Positions 1 to 10,084 of a stretch of 64,000 bases of DNA are shown here, piece after piece. Within the stretch, counting starts at the first letter, position 1, and every line of letters begins with the position of its first letter. The stretch is taken from contig JBBCKI010000018.1 of assembly GCA_037190965.1 (NCBI GenBank), positions 1 to 64,000 of the forward strand, read 5' to 3'. The translations under genes and the position numbers were made by a program. The notes under the pieces are model-generated. The model was not told where the DNA came from. It searched no databases and worked only from the letters and a program-made list of their open reading frames with translations. Source of the stretch: Chthoniobacteraceae bacterium (GTDB taxonomy: Bacteria; Verrucomicrobiota; Verrucomicrobiia; Chthoniobacterales; Chthoniobacteraceae).

Positions 1-140
1 GCCGCGCTTACGGCTTCAAAAATTTCGAAAATTACCGCCTCAGAGTCATTGCTCAATGCGGTTGAAATTCAAAACGGACTCAACCAACTCAAAATCAACC
101 ACTTAATCCCGCTTCAGTCCCCAAACTTTGGTGTAGACCC
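1..140 (+). mobile_element. Right end of an ISL3 insertion sequence
   Basis: Transposase stop at 65, followed by a segment ending ...CCAAACTTTGGTGTAGACCC at 140. Its reverse complement starts GGGTC, like ISL3 terminal IRs. The left IR is outside the window, so the end is inferred. Confidence 0.65.
3..65 (+). CDS. ISL3-family transposase, C-terminal fragment (gene begins before window)
   Basis: Frame from nt 3 reads RAYGFKNFENYRLRVIAQCG*, the characteristic C-terminal signature of ISL3 transposases. Confidence 0.8.
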   Translation, partial: RAYGFKNFENYRLRVIAQCG

Positions 141-309
141 ACAAAGAGCTCCTCACACCCGCGTTTGTTCCCTTCTTTCGGGCCATATTGGGGAGTGTTT
201 AACAAAAGTTTGAGCCAGTCGGCAAGATTTTGGGGAAGGCTGGCGTCGGGTAGGGGCGATGGCTTCGTGGCGGCCCCGCAGTGCCTTCGACGGAAGGACT
301 TAGGAAAAA

Positions 310-383
310 TCGGGCCGACTGGATTCGAACCAGCGACCTCTTGAACCCCATTCAAGCGCACTACCAAGCTGTGCTACGGCCCG
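310..383 (-). tRNA. tRNA-Pro (anticodon GGG)
   Basis: Reverse complement CGGGCCGTAGCACAGCTTGGTAGTGCGCTTGAATGGGGTTCAAGAGGTCGCTGGTTCGAATCCAGTCGGCCCGA: acceptor stem, D-loop TGGTA, anticodon stem CTTGA/TCAAG around GGG, T-loop GTTCGAATC. CCA not encoded. Confidence 0.96.
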
Positions 384-605
384 ATTTGAGAGGCGTGAAT
401 CTTCCTTCCCCGGCGCGAATTGGCAAGCGGGAAATTCATCTTTGCGTGGGAAAATGCCCGGAGTTGAGAAAATCGGCGATCTCTGCGAAATAAAAGCGGT
501 CGAAAGCCTTGCCGCCGAGGCAGCTCCAAAAATAGGATGGCGGGAAGTTCGTTCCTGCCGAAGATGCGGTTTTAAGGGTTTCGAGCGTAGAAATAGAGGG
601 AATCC

Positions 606-1781
606 ATGTTTGTCGATCAAATCAAAATTTTTGCCAAGGCCGGGAAGGGCGGTGACGGGAGCGTCAGCTTCCGGCGCGAGAAGTTCGTACCCAAAGGAGG
701 ACCTGACGGCGGCGACGGCGGCCGGGGCGGGAGCATCATCCTGCATGCGGACCCCCACACCGACACGTTGACCCAATTTTTCTACGAGCCGATCGTTCGG
801 GCCAAAAACGGTGAAAATGGCCGGGGCAAACAGTGCTACGGCAAGGCGGCGAAGGATCTCCACGTGAAGGTGCCCATCGGCACGCTGGTCTACCGGTTGC
901 CCGCCGGGGTCTCGCCTTTCGCCCCCAAGGCCCAGGATTGGGAGTTGGAAGAGGGCGAAGAGGCAGCAGAGGAAAGTGGCTCCGGGGTCGGAGAAAAAGC
1001 GGCGGGGGAAGTGGTCGACGAGGCCAAGGAGGAGGGAGCCCAGGAGCTTGAGCTGGTGGCGGACCTCAATCAGGACGGCGCGGAGTTTGTCCTTTGCAAA
1101 GGGGGCGACGGCGGCAAGGGGAACATCCATTTCAAGAGCGCCCGCAACCGCGTGCCCCGGCAGTTCACGCCGGGGGGCGAGGGGGAGGAAGGATACTTTC
1201 TGCTGGAGCTTCGCAGCATCGCGGATGCGGGCCTGGTCGGTTACCCGAACGCGGGCAAGTCGACGTTGCTGGGGAAAATCTCCTCCGCGCATCCGAAGGT
1301 GGCCGCATACCCGTTCACGACGCTGCACCCGATCATCGGCATTGTCGATTTCGACGGCTACCGGCGCGCGCCGGTAGCGGATATTCCCGGGTTGATCGAG
1401 GGGGCTCACGCGAATGTCGGGCTTGGGCACGAGTTCCTGCGCCATATCATGCGGTGCCGGGTACTGCTGTTTGTGATCGATATGTCGGGAGGCGAGGAGC
1501 GCAGCCCCGTGGAGGATCTCGAACGGCTCCGCAAGGAGTTGAGCCTGTACGACCCCGTGCTGGCGGCGCGCCCGTGGTTCGTGGCGGCCAATAAGATGGA
1601 TGATCCGCGCTCGGAGGAAAACCTGAAGCATTTCCGGCAGCGTTTCCCGAAGCTGGAGATCATCCCCATTTCCGCCGATTTGGGCGAGGGGATCGACGAT
1701 TTGAAGGATGCTCTTTCCCGGCACCTGTTCACGGGCGAGCCGGAAACGTCCCTCGTTCCTGAAATGCCTGTTGAAGAGTGA
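606..1781 (+). CDS. obgE: GTPase ObgE/CgtA
   Basis: MFVD...GGPDGGDGGRGG Obg fold; GYPNAGKST (G1), YPFTT (G2), DIPG (G3), NKMD (G4). Confidence 0.97.
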   Translation: MFVDQIKIFAKAGKGGDGSVSFRREKFVPKGGPDGGDGGRGGSIILHADPHTDTLTQFFYEPIVRAKNGENGRGKQCYGKAAKDLHVKVPIGTLVYRLPAGVSPFAPKAQDWELEEGEEAAEESGSGVGEKAAGEVVDEAKEEGAQELELVADLNQDGAEFVLCKGGDGGKGNIHFKSARNRVPRQFTPGGEGEEGYFLLELRSIADAGLVGYPNAGKSTLLGKISSAHPKVAAYPFTTLHPIIGIVDFDGYRRAPVADIPGLIEGAHANVGLGHEFLRHIMRCRVLLFVIDMSGGEERSPVEDLERLRKELSLYDPVLAARPWFVAANKMDDPRSEENLKHFRQRFPKLEIIPISADLGEGIDDLKDALSRHLFTGEPETSLVPEMPVEE

Positions 1782-1817
1782 CCGGACGGATTTGTAGTCT
1801 CCAGACCCTCCCTTGCC

Positions 1818-3005
1818 ATGCCGAAACCGATCGTTGCCAGCTACTGTACGACGTTTCTTAAGCCCGAGATGCTTCATATCTACCGGCAGGTGACCTGCCT
1901 GCAACGGTATGAAACATTCGTCATCGCCAAGGAGCGCCAGTGTGCGGAGAAGTATCCCTTCGACGCGCTGGAACTTCAGCCACGCGTGGCCAAAAATTTT
2001 GTCCGGCGTTTTTACTACAAGCATGTATTAAAGGCTCCGCCGCTCTATTACCGGGGCGAGCTCCGGGTGATTCACAAGATCCTCGAGCGGCGGCATGCGG
2101 ATCTCATGCACGTCTATTTCGGTCACACCGGGGTGCATCTCCTGCCGTTTATCCAGAACTGGGATCGCCCGGCGATTGTCTCGTTCCACGGAGCCGACGT
2201 GATGCTTCGTCCTCATCAACCGGAATACGCAACCCAGTTGCGGCAGTTGTTTGAGACCGTGCCGCTGGTGCTGGCCCGCTCGGTCTCGCTGGCCCGGCGG
2301 CTGGAGGAGATCGGTTGCCCTGCGGAAAAGATCCGGCTCAACCGTACCGGGATCCCTCTGGAGGAGTTTCCTTTCACTCACCGGTTGATGCCCGCCGATG
2401 GCGAGTGGCGTTTTGTGCAGACATGCCGCCTGATTCCGAAGAAGGGGCTGAAAACCTCTATGGAGGCGTTCGCGCTTTTCCGGCGGAAACATCCGAAGGC
2501 GACGTTCACCATCGCGGGCGATGGGCCAATGCGGAGCGAACTGGAGCGACTGGCTGCGGAGTTGGGGGTTGGCGATGCCGTGACTTTCCGGGGATTCCTC
2601 AACTCGTCCGACCTCAACGCCCTTTACGCGCAGTCGCACGTTTTTCTGCACCCCAGTGAGATCACCGAGGATGCCAACCAGGAGGGTGTCCCCAATGCCA
2701 TGCTGGAAGCGATGGCGACGGGGCTTCCCGTGGTGGCTACGTTGCATGGCGGCATCCCCGAGGCGGTGGAACACGAGCGGAGCGGCTTCCTGGTGCACGA
2801 GCGCGATTCCGCCGCGCTCTTCACGGCACTGGAGCAGATTACCGAATCCTCCGAATACTTGCAGATTATGGGCAGGCAGGCCTCGGAAGGGGTTCGCAGG
2901 GAATTTGAGCAATCCGAGGCAATCAAAAAGCTGGAAGCGTGTTACGACGAGGCGTTGAGCCTTCGGGGACGGCCCCACGCTGTTGTTCCCGCAAATCAGT
3001 CATGA
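1818..3005 (+). CDS. Glycosyltransferase family 4 (WcaL-like)
   Basis: SFHGAD, RLIPKKG, EGVPNAMLEAMATGLPVV and HGGIPE motifs of GT4. Confidence 0.9.
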   Translation: MPKPIVASYCTTFLKPEMLHIYRQVTCLQRYETFVIAKERQCAEKYPFDALELQPRVAKNFVRRFYYKHVLKAPPLYYRGELRVIHKILERRHADLMHVYFGHTGVHLLPFIQNWDRPAIVSFHGADVMLRPHQPEYATQLRQLFETVPLVLARSVSLARRLEEIGCPAEKIRLNRTGIPLEEFPFTHRLMPADGEWRFVQTCRLIPKKGLKTSMEAFALFRRKHPKATFTIAGDGPMRSELERLAAELGVGDAVTFRGFLNSSDLNALYAQSHVFLHPSEITEDANQEGVPNAMLEAMATGLPVVATLHGGIPEAVEHERSGFLVHERDSAALFTALEQITESSEYLQIMGRQASEGVRREFEQSEAIKKLEACYDEALSLRGRPHAVVPANQS

Positions 3006-3787
3006 CGGTCGCGTCGGATCATACCAGCCGGTTTGGGGGCATGGGTCGCCTTTACGGGCGCGATGCCCTGGAGCGGCTGGCGCAGGCTCATGTGGCGGTG
3101 ATCGGCGTTGGCGGGGTCGGCTCGTGGACAGTCGAGGCGCTGGCGCGGTCGGGGGTGGGCCGGTTGACGCTCATCGACATGGATGATGTCTGCATCACCA
3201 ACACCAACCGGCAGTTGCCCGCGATTGACGGCGAGATCGGGCGGCCCAAGGTGACGGTGCTTGAAGAGCGTGTTCGCCGGATCAACCCAGCGGTCCAGGT
3301 CGAGGCAGTGCCGGAGTTCTTTCTGGAGGGGACCGCGGAGCGGCTGCTCGCACCGGGCTACGACTGGGTGGTGGACGCGGTGGATCGGATGTCGATCAAG
3401 GCGCTCATCATCGCCAAAGCGTGCGAGCGGGGTTGCCGGGTCCTGACGGTGGGCGGCGCGGGAGGCCGGCGCGATCCGACCCAGATCCGCTGTGGCGATC
3501 TTGGCCGGACGGGGGGCGATGTGCTTTTGCGGCAGGTCCGCAAGAAACTCCGCCGCACCCACGGCTGGGCGGGAGGCGAGGGGAACGACTATGGAGTCTC
3601 CGCCGTTTATTCCGCCGAGCCGCAGGTGTTCCCGCGTGCTGACGGGTCGGTGTGTGAAACCCCGGAGCCGGGCGATAACCTCCGGATGGATTGCGCGAGT
3701 GGATATGGCGCGGCGTCGTTTGTGACCGGGGCGTTCGGGTTTGCGGCGGCTGCGGAGATTGTGCGGCGGATTTCGGAAGGGGCGTAG
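3002..3787 (+). CDS. tcdA: tRNA threonylcarbamoyladenosine dehydratase (ThiF/E1-like)
   Basis: RLYG...HVAVIGVGGVGSW, EALARSG, DDVCITNTNRQ, GGAGGRRDP, MDC..GYG..VTGAFG. ATG at 3002 overlaps the upstream stop (ATGA). Confidence 0.9.
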   Translation: MTVASDHTSRFGGMGRLYGRDALERLAQAHVAVIGVGGVGSWTVEALARSGVGRLTLIDMDDVCITNTNRQLPAIDGEIGRPKVTVLEERVRRINPAVQVEAVPEFFLEGTAERLLAPGYDWVVDAVDRMSIKALIIAKACERGCRVLTVGGAGGRRDPTQIRCGDLGRTGGDVLLRQVRKKLRRTHGWAGGEGNDYGVSAVYSAEPQVFPRADGSVCETPEPGDNLRMDCASGYGAASFVTGAFGFAAAAEIVRRISEGA

Positions 3788-3790
3788 CCT

Positions 3791-4591
3791 TTATAATCTG
3801 CCGAAAAGACGCTCAAAGTTTTTGGCGACCTGGATTGACAACGCTTCCTGCGTGCTCCCGCGCAGTTCGGCCAGTCCTTCGTACACGGCGACGAGGTTCG
3901 CGGGGTGATTGACCGGGCGGCCCTCTGCGGTGTCCGGCAGCGGGTAGCGGTTGCGTTCGGACGGGAGCGGCATGGAGGGGGCGTCCGTCTCGACGAGCAG
4001 ACGGTCGGCGGAGAGGGTGCGAAAAGGTTCGAGCCGCGCGGTTTTGCCGGGATTGAGAAAATAGCCGGAGAAGGAGAAATACGCGCCGCGCCGCGCGAAG
4101 TTTTCCACCATTTCACTGGGGCCGCTGTAGGCATGAAGCAGAAAGCCCCGCTCGGGGAGCGGTTCTTCCCGCAGGATGTCCCAAAGAGCGCCCCAGGCTT
4201 TCAGGCAATGGATGGAGGCGGGAAGGTTGAGTTGGGCAGCCAGCCGGAGTTGCCAGAGAAAAACTTCCTTCTGGGTTTCGAAATCAGGGTTGGGCATCCA
4301 GCGGTCGAGGCCGATCTCGCCGATGCCGCAGTTTCCCGCCTCCGCGTAAGCGAGAAGGTGCTCTTTCCATTTCGGGGTGCGGTGAGCAAGGCGCCATGGG
4401 TGGAGTCCGTAACTAGGCAACACCCATGGGTGCTGCCGGGCAAGGGTGGCGACGGCCTCCCAATCGCGCTCGGTGGTGCCATTGACGACGGCCCGGGTGA
4501 TTCCGGAGGCTTCAAGATCGCGCATGATGGCCTCGCGACGCGGCGCAAGGGCGTCGTCCTGGAGGTGGTTATGCGCGTCGAGAAGGATCAT
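3791..4591 (-). CDS. tatD: TatD-family hydrolase/DNase
   Basis: DAHNH, GLHPW, IGEIGLD, SIHC, LLHAYSG, ETDAP motifs. Confidence 0.9.
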   Translation of the reverse strand: MILLDAHNHLQDDALAPRREAIMRDLEASGITRAVVNGTTERDWEAVATLARQHPWVLPSYGLHPWRLAHRTPKWKEHLLAYAEAGNCGIGEIGLDRWMPNPDFETQKEVFLWQLRLAAQLNLPASIHCLKAWGALWDILREEPLPERGFLLHAYSGPSEMVENFARRGAYFSFSGYFLNPGKTARLEPFRTLSADRLLVETDAPSMPLPSERNRYPLPDTAEGRPVNHPANLVAVYEGLAELRGSTQEALSIQVAKNFERLFGRL

Positions 4592-5013
4592 TCGGTGTGA
4601 AGCTGGCGTTTGGCGAATTCGCGAAGAAATGCCCGGACCGCCGCCAATCCGTTGAGGCGGGTGGGGGTGAGGTTTCGTGCGATGCCAAGGCGTTCGAAGA
4701 TCTCCGGCTCCACGGCGGCGATCTCCTCCGGAGGCGCGTCATCGTAGAGATCGCAAAGCAGGCCGATCAATCCCCGGACGAGCGCGGATTCCGCGTGCAT
4801 CCGAAAGCGGCAACGTCCGGAATCGGGACTCACGCTCGCGGCGATCCAGACGCGCGACTGGCAGCCGGGGACGAGGAGATCCGGCGTTTGCTCCTCCGGC
4901 GGCAGGGGCCCGGTCGTGGGACGGCGCGCGACAATGGCGGCGAGCCGATCCTGCGGGTCGGGAATGATCGAGTAGCGTTCAATGAACGCGGCCTGGCGTT
5001 GTTGTGGAATCAT
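4588..5013 (-). CDS. sufE: SufE-family Fe-S assembly sulfur acceptor
   Basis: VPGCQSRVW, ALVRGL, LTPTRLNGL. Start placed at MIPQQ (5013); the longer ORF extension runs through a REP repeat. Confidence 0.85.
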   Translation of the reverse strand: MIPQQRQAAFIERYSIIPDPQDRLAAIVARRPTTGPLPPEEQTPDLLVPGCQSRVWIAASVSPDSGRCRFRMHAESALVRGLIGLLCDLYDDAPPEEIAAVEPEIFERLGIARNLTPTRLNGLAAVRAFLREFAKRQLHTE

Positions 5014-5045
5014 CTGGGCGAAATTAACGCATTGCCGAACCGCCA

Positions 5046-5086
5046 GGTAGCCCGCTCGCGCCGTCGAGCGCGGGTATCGGCCCCCG
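5046..5086 (+). repeat. GTAG-type REP-like palindrome (family A, copy 1)
   Basis: GGTAGCCCGCTCGCGCCGTCGAGCGCGGGTATCGG; near-identical copies at 7881, ~8026(-), ~29606(-), ~55367(-). Confidence 0.85.
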
Positions 5087-5165
5087 AGACTCCTTAACCC
5101 CACATCCCAACAAGGATCAGCCTCTATCCGGCAGACATCGATTTTGGAGGAAAAAGCACGATGGC

Positions 5166-5648
5166 CTACGGCGAAACCGGCAACCGCTGCGGTTTTGGCT
5201 CGCGGTGTAGCAGAAGCCCGTTCTCTTTGTAGGCCTTCAACCGGAAATGGGTGGCCGTGGAAAGAACGCCTTTGATGGTGCTCAATTTCTCGGCCACGAA
5301 CCGGGCTACCGATTGCAGTGTTTCCCCCTGCACGATGATGAGGAGGTCGTAACCGCCGCTCATCAGGTAACAGCCTTGCACTTCCTGGAACTTGGAGATG
5401 CGGCTCGCGAACCGGTCGAAGCCGCCGCCCCGTTCCGGGGTGATCTTCACTTCGATGACCGCCTCCACGCAGCCGTTGGAGCCGATTTTTTCCGGATCGA
5501 AGACGGCCTGATAGCCGAGGATTGCGCCTTCCGCTTCCAGAGATTCGATGCGTTCGGCGACTTCCTGCGGAGTGAGGTTAAGCGCCTTTGCAAGATCTTC
5601 GATGGAAGCGCGGGCGTTGGATTTAAGGAGTTCGAGCAGACGGTCCAT
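5166..5648 (-). CDS. Lrp/AsnC-family transcriptional regulator
   Basis: N-terminal HTH (LLELLKSNARASIEDLAKAL) and RAM domain (CYLMSGGYDL, STATHF). Confidence 0.92.
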   Translation of the reverse strand: MDRLLELLKSNARASIEDLAKALNLTPQEVAERIESLEAEGAILGYQAVFDPEKIGSNGCVEAVIEVKITPERGGGFDRFASRISKFQEVQGCYLMSGGYDLLIIVQGETLQSVARFVAEKLSTIKGVLSTATHFRLKAYKENGLLLHREPKPQRLPVSP

Positions 5649-5656
5649 GATGAAAA

Positions 5657-6730
5657 TTAATCGCCAAAAGAGATGCCGACGGCCCGGGCGGTTTTTACCA
5701 TCGTGCCGGTGGCGGGGACGAGATGGAGCCGGTGCACGGCTTCCTCTATTTCGACGTCGCTCACCTCGTCGTTCTGGTAGCTGACCATCGTGCCAAAGCG
5801 ACCTTCCCGGATCAGTTCCACCGCTTTGACTCCGAAGCAGGTGGCGAGAATGCGGTCGAGCGAGGTGGGTGCGCCGCCCCGCTGCAAATGCCCGAGGACG
5901 CAGGTGCGCGTCTCCTTGCCGGTGCGCCGGGCGACTTCGCGCGCGACGACTTCGCCCATGCCGCCGAGTTTGTATTCCCCGGAGCCGGTGACGTGCATGA
6001 GCTGTCGGCCGTCCCTCGGGCGCGCGCCTTCGGCGACGACGATGAGGGTGCTTTGGCGTCCTTCAACGTCCCGCTGCCGAACGGCGTCGGCGATGCGGTC
6101 GAAATCGAACGGGATCTCCGGAATCAGAATGATGTCGCCGCCTCCGGCAAGGCCGCCGTAGAGGGCGATCCAGCCTGCATGCCGCCCCATCACTTCGGTC
6201 ACCATGATTCGCTTGTGGCTCTCGGCGGTCGTATGGAGCCGGTCAAGGGCGTCGGCCACGCAGGCTACCGCGGAGTCGAACCCGAAGCTGGCGGCGGTCG
6301 CGCCGAGATCGTTGTCGATTGTTTTTGGAACGCCGATGACGGGAATGCCCGCTTTGTGAAGCTGAAGCGCGGTGGTCAGGGAGCCGTCCCCGCCAATGCA
6401 GATCAGCCCGTCGATCTTGAGTTCAGTGAGGGTCGCGCGGGCCTTTCTGATAATCTCCGCCGGCACGGCCATCCGGTCGCCCGCTCCCGCCTTGGCGACA
6501 AAATGCCCCCGATTGGTGGTGCCAAGGATGGTACCGCCCTGGGTCATGATTCTGGCGGTGCTCTGGCGATCGAGCGTGAGAAAGTTGCCGGGCGGGAGTA
6601 ACCCCTCGAAGCCGTCCCGGAAGCCGATTACTTCCCAGTCGAGCTGCGATGCGGCTTGAACGACGCCACGGAGGACGGCGTTGAGCCCCGGACAATCTCC
6701 GCCGCTGGTAAGGACACCGATTCTTCTCAT
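5657..6730 (-). CDS. pfkA: 6-phosphofructokinase
   Basis: TSGGDCPGLN, GGTILGT, IGGDGS, PKTIDND, EVMGR, VLGHLQRGG. Start MRRIGVL coupled by an ATGA overlap to the upstream gene. Confidence 0.95.
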   Translation of the reverse strand: MRRIGVLTSGGDCPGLNAVLRGVVQAASQLDWEVIGFRDGFEGLLPPGNFLTLDRQSTARIMTQGGTILGTTNRGHFVAKAGAGDRMAVPAEIIRKARATLTELKIDGLICIGGDGSLTTALQLHKAGIPVIGVPKTIDNDLGATAASFGFDSAVACVADALDRLHTTAESHKRIMVTEVMGRHAGWIALYGGLAGGGDIILIPEIPFDFDRIADAVRQRDVEGRQSTLIVVAEGARPRDGRQLMHVTGSGEYKLGGMGEVVAREVARRTGKETRTCVLGHLQRGGAPTSLDRILATCFGVKAVELIREGRFGTMVSYQNDEVSDVEIEEAVHRLHLVPATGTMVKTARAVGISFGD

Positions 6731-7677
6731 CGCCATTGGCCCTGGGCTGAAGGATTGGAATTTTCGCCGTCGTAGAGATTCCAACCGCGCTTCAAAAGGC
6801 GTTCAGCAAGGCCGAAACGATCCCCGGCTCCCAGCACGACAACGACGAGGCGCCGGGGGGTGATGGTGTGCGAGTTGTCTTCGTGTTTTACGGAGATCGG
6901 AGCCCGTCCGGCGGAGATGATGAGGCAATCCCCGGCGCGGGAGGTTTTGCCGGTCTTTACGCCGTCGATGTCGTCCTGCCCGAGCAGGGCGTTGGTGTTG
7001 ACGAGGTTGTATTGCGCGGTGCCTCCCTCGCGAAGGTTGCGGGTAATCTGGCGGCTCTTCTGGGAGACATAGAAGCGGAAGGAGGAGCGCTTCATGGCGT
7101 AGCTCGAGAGCTTTACGAGATCATTGGCGGTGGAGTACGGCTTTTCGGAGGTGTCGATGCCGTGAGGGTTCAGGAACTGGGTCCGCTCCATTCCGAGCTT
7201 GCGGGCGAGCGCGTTCATCTGAGCCACGAAGAGATCCACCGGTTTGATTTCCGCCGTGGCGCGCGTGAGCAGGGAGCGTCCGACGTGGTCGGCCAGGGTC
7301 TGCGCGGCGACGTTGTCGCTTTGGAGCAGGGAGGCGTAGAGCAGGTCGCGCAGGGTCACTCGGTCTCCCGGGGTAAAGCCGACTGGGTTGTGGCCGCCGA
7401 TGGAGACCACCGAGTCGGGCACCACCGCCAGCGTGCTGAGATCGCGGTTGGCGCTTTCCGCCCAGTCGAGGACGACCATCGCGGTGGCAACCTTGGTCAG
7501 GCTGGCGATCTGGAGTTTCTTGTCGCCATTGGCACCGTCGAGGACGCGCCCCGAGAAAACATCGGCAACGGCATAGGCGTTGGCGGCGTTGCCGAACCGG
7601 TTTTGCTGGGCATGCGCCGGCAGGCAAAAAGGAAGCGAACAGGCAAAAATTAGGAGAAGCGAGTGGAGAGTTTTCAT
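6727..7677 (-). CDS. D-alanyl-D-alanine carboxypeptidase (peptidase S11)
   Basis: Signal peptide MKTLHS...AHA; SLTK, SDN, NPHG and KTG catalytic motifs. Confidence 0.88.
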   Translation of the reverse strand: MKTLHSLLLIFACSLPFCLPAHAQQNRFGNAANAYAVADVFSGRVLDGANGDKKLQIASLTKVATAMVVLDWAESANRDLSTLAVVPDSVVSIGGHNPVGFTPGDRVTLRDLLYASLLQSDNVAAQTLADHVGRSLLTRATAEIKPVDLFVAQMNALARKLGMERTQFLNPHGIDTSEKPYSTANDLVKLSSYAMKRSSFRFYVSQKSRQITRNLREGGTAQYNLVNTNALLGQDDIDGVKTGKTSRAGDCLIISAGRAPISVKHEDNSHTITPRRLVVVVLGAGDRFGLAERLLKRGWNLYDGENSNPSAQGQWR

Positions 7678-7757
7678 CCCGGGTCTAGCGGGAGGAAGAT
7701 GGAGAAGGAAAGCTCGATTTGCAATGCCGGATTCGTTTTTTGGCATCTGGAGAGGGT

Positions 7758-7831
7758 TCGCGCCAAGGACGCCAAGCTCTCCAAGTTTTCAGAGCCTTTC
7801 AATCTTGGCGGGCCTGGCGTCCTTGGCGCGA
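7758..7831. repeat. Inverted-repeat element with internally repeated GCCAAG units
   Basis: TCGCGCCAAGGACGCCAAG...CTGGCGTCCTTGGCGCGA arms pair into a long hairpin. Confidence 0.7.
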
Positions 7832-7867
7832 GACACTCCCCTCTCCACAGCGAAAAGAAAAAATGGG

Positions 7868-8027
7868 TGCGGCAGCACCGGTAGTCCGCTCGCGCCGTCG
7901 AGCGCGGGGTTCGGCTCCCGAGGCTTCATGAAGACCGCATCCCAATACCAGCAGCCCGTCCTTGCGGGGATGAATGCCAAACGCGATGCGTAGACCGATC
8001 CCGCGCTCTCGGCGAGAGCGGTCTACC
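7868..8027. repeat. Convergent doublet of family A REP units (REPIN/BIME-like)
   Basis: GTAGTCCGCTCGCGCCGTCGAGCGCGGG at 7881(+) and CCCGCGCTCTCGGCGAGAGCGGTCTAC ending 8026 (-). Confidence 0.8.
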
Positions 8028-8081
8028 TTGCCAGTCCTTCAGACAACCTCTCACCAAATCGCGGGCTTTGAAGCCCGTGGC

Positions 8082-10001
8082 CTACCCGGGGATTTCCGCT
8101 CCCGGCGGGGCGGGCTGGTGGATCAGTTTATAGAACGCGGGGCCGTCCAGCGTTTCGTGCTTGAGGAGTTCGCCCGCGATCAGTTCCAACTGGTCCCGAT
8201 GCGCCGTCAACAGGGCGCGCGCTTCCGCGTAGCTCGTCTCCAGGGTCAGCTTTACCTGCTCGTCGATGATCTGAGCGGTGGCCTCGCTGCAATCGCGGAC
8301 AAAGTTGCCGTCGGGCGCGGAGATGAAGGGAGAGGGGTCGGGATGCGCGGTTCGCGCAAGGCCGATCTGCTCGTTCATGCCGTAGATGCAGACCATCTGC
8401 CGGGCGAGCGCGGTGGCGCGTTCCAGATCGTTTTCCGCCCCGGTGGAGACTTCGTCGAAGATGATCTGCTCGGCGGCCCGCCCGCCCAGCAGCCCCCGAA
8501 TGCGGTCGAGAATGCCGTCGCGCGTCATCAGAAATTGTTGTTCCGTGGGGAGTTGCATCGTGTACCCGAGCGCGGCCCGACCGCGGGGGATGATGCTGAT
8601 TTTGCGCACCGGGTCGGCGTTTTTGCTGTGCGCGGCCACTACGGCATGGCCGGTCTCGTGGTAAGCGACCCGCCGTTTTTCGTCGTCGTTGAGGCGGCGG
8701 CTTTTGCGTTCCGGCCCCGCGATCACTTTTTCCAGCGCGTCTTCAAGGTCCCGCTGTTCGATGACCTTGGCCAGCCTGCGCGCCGCGAGCAGGGCGGCTT
8801 CGTTGAGGGCATTGGCGAGGTCCGCCCCGGAGAATCCCGGCGTGGCCCGGGCGATTTCCCTCAGGTTGACCTCTTCATCCAGCGGTTTGCCGCGAGAGTG
8901 AACTTTGAGGATCGCCTCGCGCCCGTCGAGGTCGGGAGAGTCGACAATGATCTGGCGGTCGAACCGACCTGGGCGCAACAGCGCGCGGTCGAGCACTTCG
9001 GGGCGGTTGGTGGCGGCCAGCACGATGATGCCGACATTTGGGTCGAAGCCGTCGAGTTCCACCAGAAGCTGGTTGAGCGTCTGCTCGCGCTCGTCGTGCC
9101 CCCCTACGCCGACCTGAACACCGCGTTGTCGTCCAATGGCGTCGAGTTCGTCGATGAAAATGATGCACGGGGCCTGCGATTTAGCCTGGACGAACAGATC
9201 GCGCACGCGCGCCGCTCCGACGCCGACGAACATTTCCACAAACTCGCTGCCGCTGAGCGAGAAGAAAGGCACCTTCGCCTCGCCTGCCACGGCGCGCCCG
9301 AGGAGGGTCTTGCCGGTGCCGGGGGGGCCGACGAGCAAGGCGCCTTTGGGAATGCGCGCACCCAACGCCTGATAACGGGCCGGGTGTTTGAGAAAATCGA
9401 CCACCTCTTCCAGTTCGAACTTCGCCTCATCGCATCCGGCCACGTCGGCGAAGGAGACCCCAGTATTTTTGTCCACGAGGATGCGCGCCTTGCTCTTGCC
9501 GATGCCGAGGATCGCCTGTCCGGTCGCGCCGCCCATGCTCCGGCTGATCCAGAGCCAGAAGAGCACCATGAGGCCGAGGGGAATTATCCATGAGCCAAGG
9601 ATCTGCGCGATGAGACCGGGGCGCTGCCCGGCGAAGGTAATCCCCGCCGCCTGCAATTGCTCCACCAGCTTGGGGTCTTCAAGGCGGGTTGTGCGGAACC
9701 AATAGGTTTCCGGGGCTTTTTCCGCCACGGGGGGAGGGGACGCGCCGGGGCGCAGGGGTGCGGACGGCGGCTTCCCGGTCGCCCGCCCGGTGATTTCCGT
9801 TTCGCTGATCGCCACGTCCGAAACAGCCTTGCGCTCAACCAGCGATTTGAACTCGCTATACGGGATCGTCTTCAGGCTCGCGTTGAAGATCATGGTCTGC
9901 CATGCCCAGAATAAAAACCCGGCAAAGAGAATCTGCAGAATGATCCAGCCCCACTTTCCACGGGGCGTCGGCGGGCTGGGATCTGGCTGTTGTTGGGGCA
10001 T
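8082..10001 (-). CDS. ftsH: ATP-dependent zinc metalloprotease FtsH
   Basis: Two TM segments, [31 protein letters not shown] zinc motif. Confidence 0.96.
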   Translation of the reverse strand: MPQQQPDPSPPTPRGKWGWIILQILFAGFLFWAWQTMIFNASLKTIPYSEFKSLVERKAVSDVAISETEITGRATGKPPSAPLRPGASPPPVAEKAPETYWFRTTRLEDPKLVEQLQAAGITFAGQRPGLIAQILGSWIIPLGLMVLFWLWISRSMGGATGQAILGIGKSKARILVDKNTGVSFADVAGCDEAKFELEEVVDFLKHPARYQALGARIPKGALLVGPPGTGKTLLGRAVAGEAKVPFFSLSGSEFVEMFVGVGAARVRDLFVQAKSQAPCIIFIDELDAIGRQRGVQVGVGGHDEREQTLNQLLVELDGFDPNVGIIVLAATNRPEVLDRALLRPGRFDRQIIVDSPDLDGREAILKVHSRGKPLDEEVNLREIARATPGFSGADLANALNEAALLAARRLAKVIEQRDLEDALEKVIAGPERKSRRLNDDEKRRVAYHETGHAVVAAHSKNADPVRKISIIPRGRAALGYTMQLPTEQQFLMTRDGILDRIRGLLGGRAAEQIIFDEVSTGAENDLERATALARQMVCIYGMNEQIGLARTAHPDPSPFISAPDGNFVRDCSEATAQIIDEQVKLTLETSYAEARALLTAHRDQLELIAGELLKHETLDGPAFYKLIHQPAPPGAEIPG

Positions 10002-10084
10002 CGCTCTGCTTTCCTTATCGGATGCCGGGGAGCCCGACGGATGGATTGCTTGACCACGTCAGCAACGCCCGTTAATCAATCCGG

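Noticed and set aside
300..2024. 574-aa minus-strand ORF
   Set aside because: Antisense shadow of obgE that also runs through the tRNA; no motifs; typical of high-GC DNA.
7974..9593. 539-aa plus-strand ORF
   Set aside because: Antisense to ftsH, which has all expected motifs.
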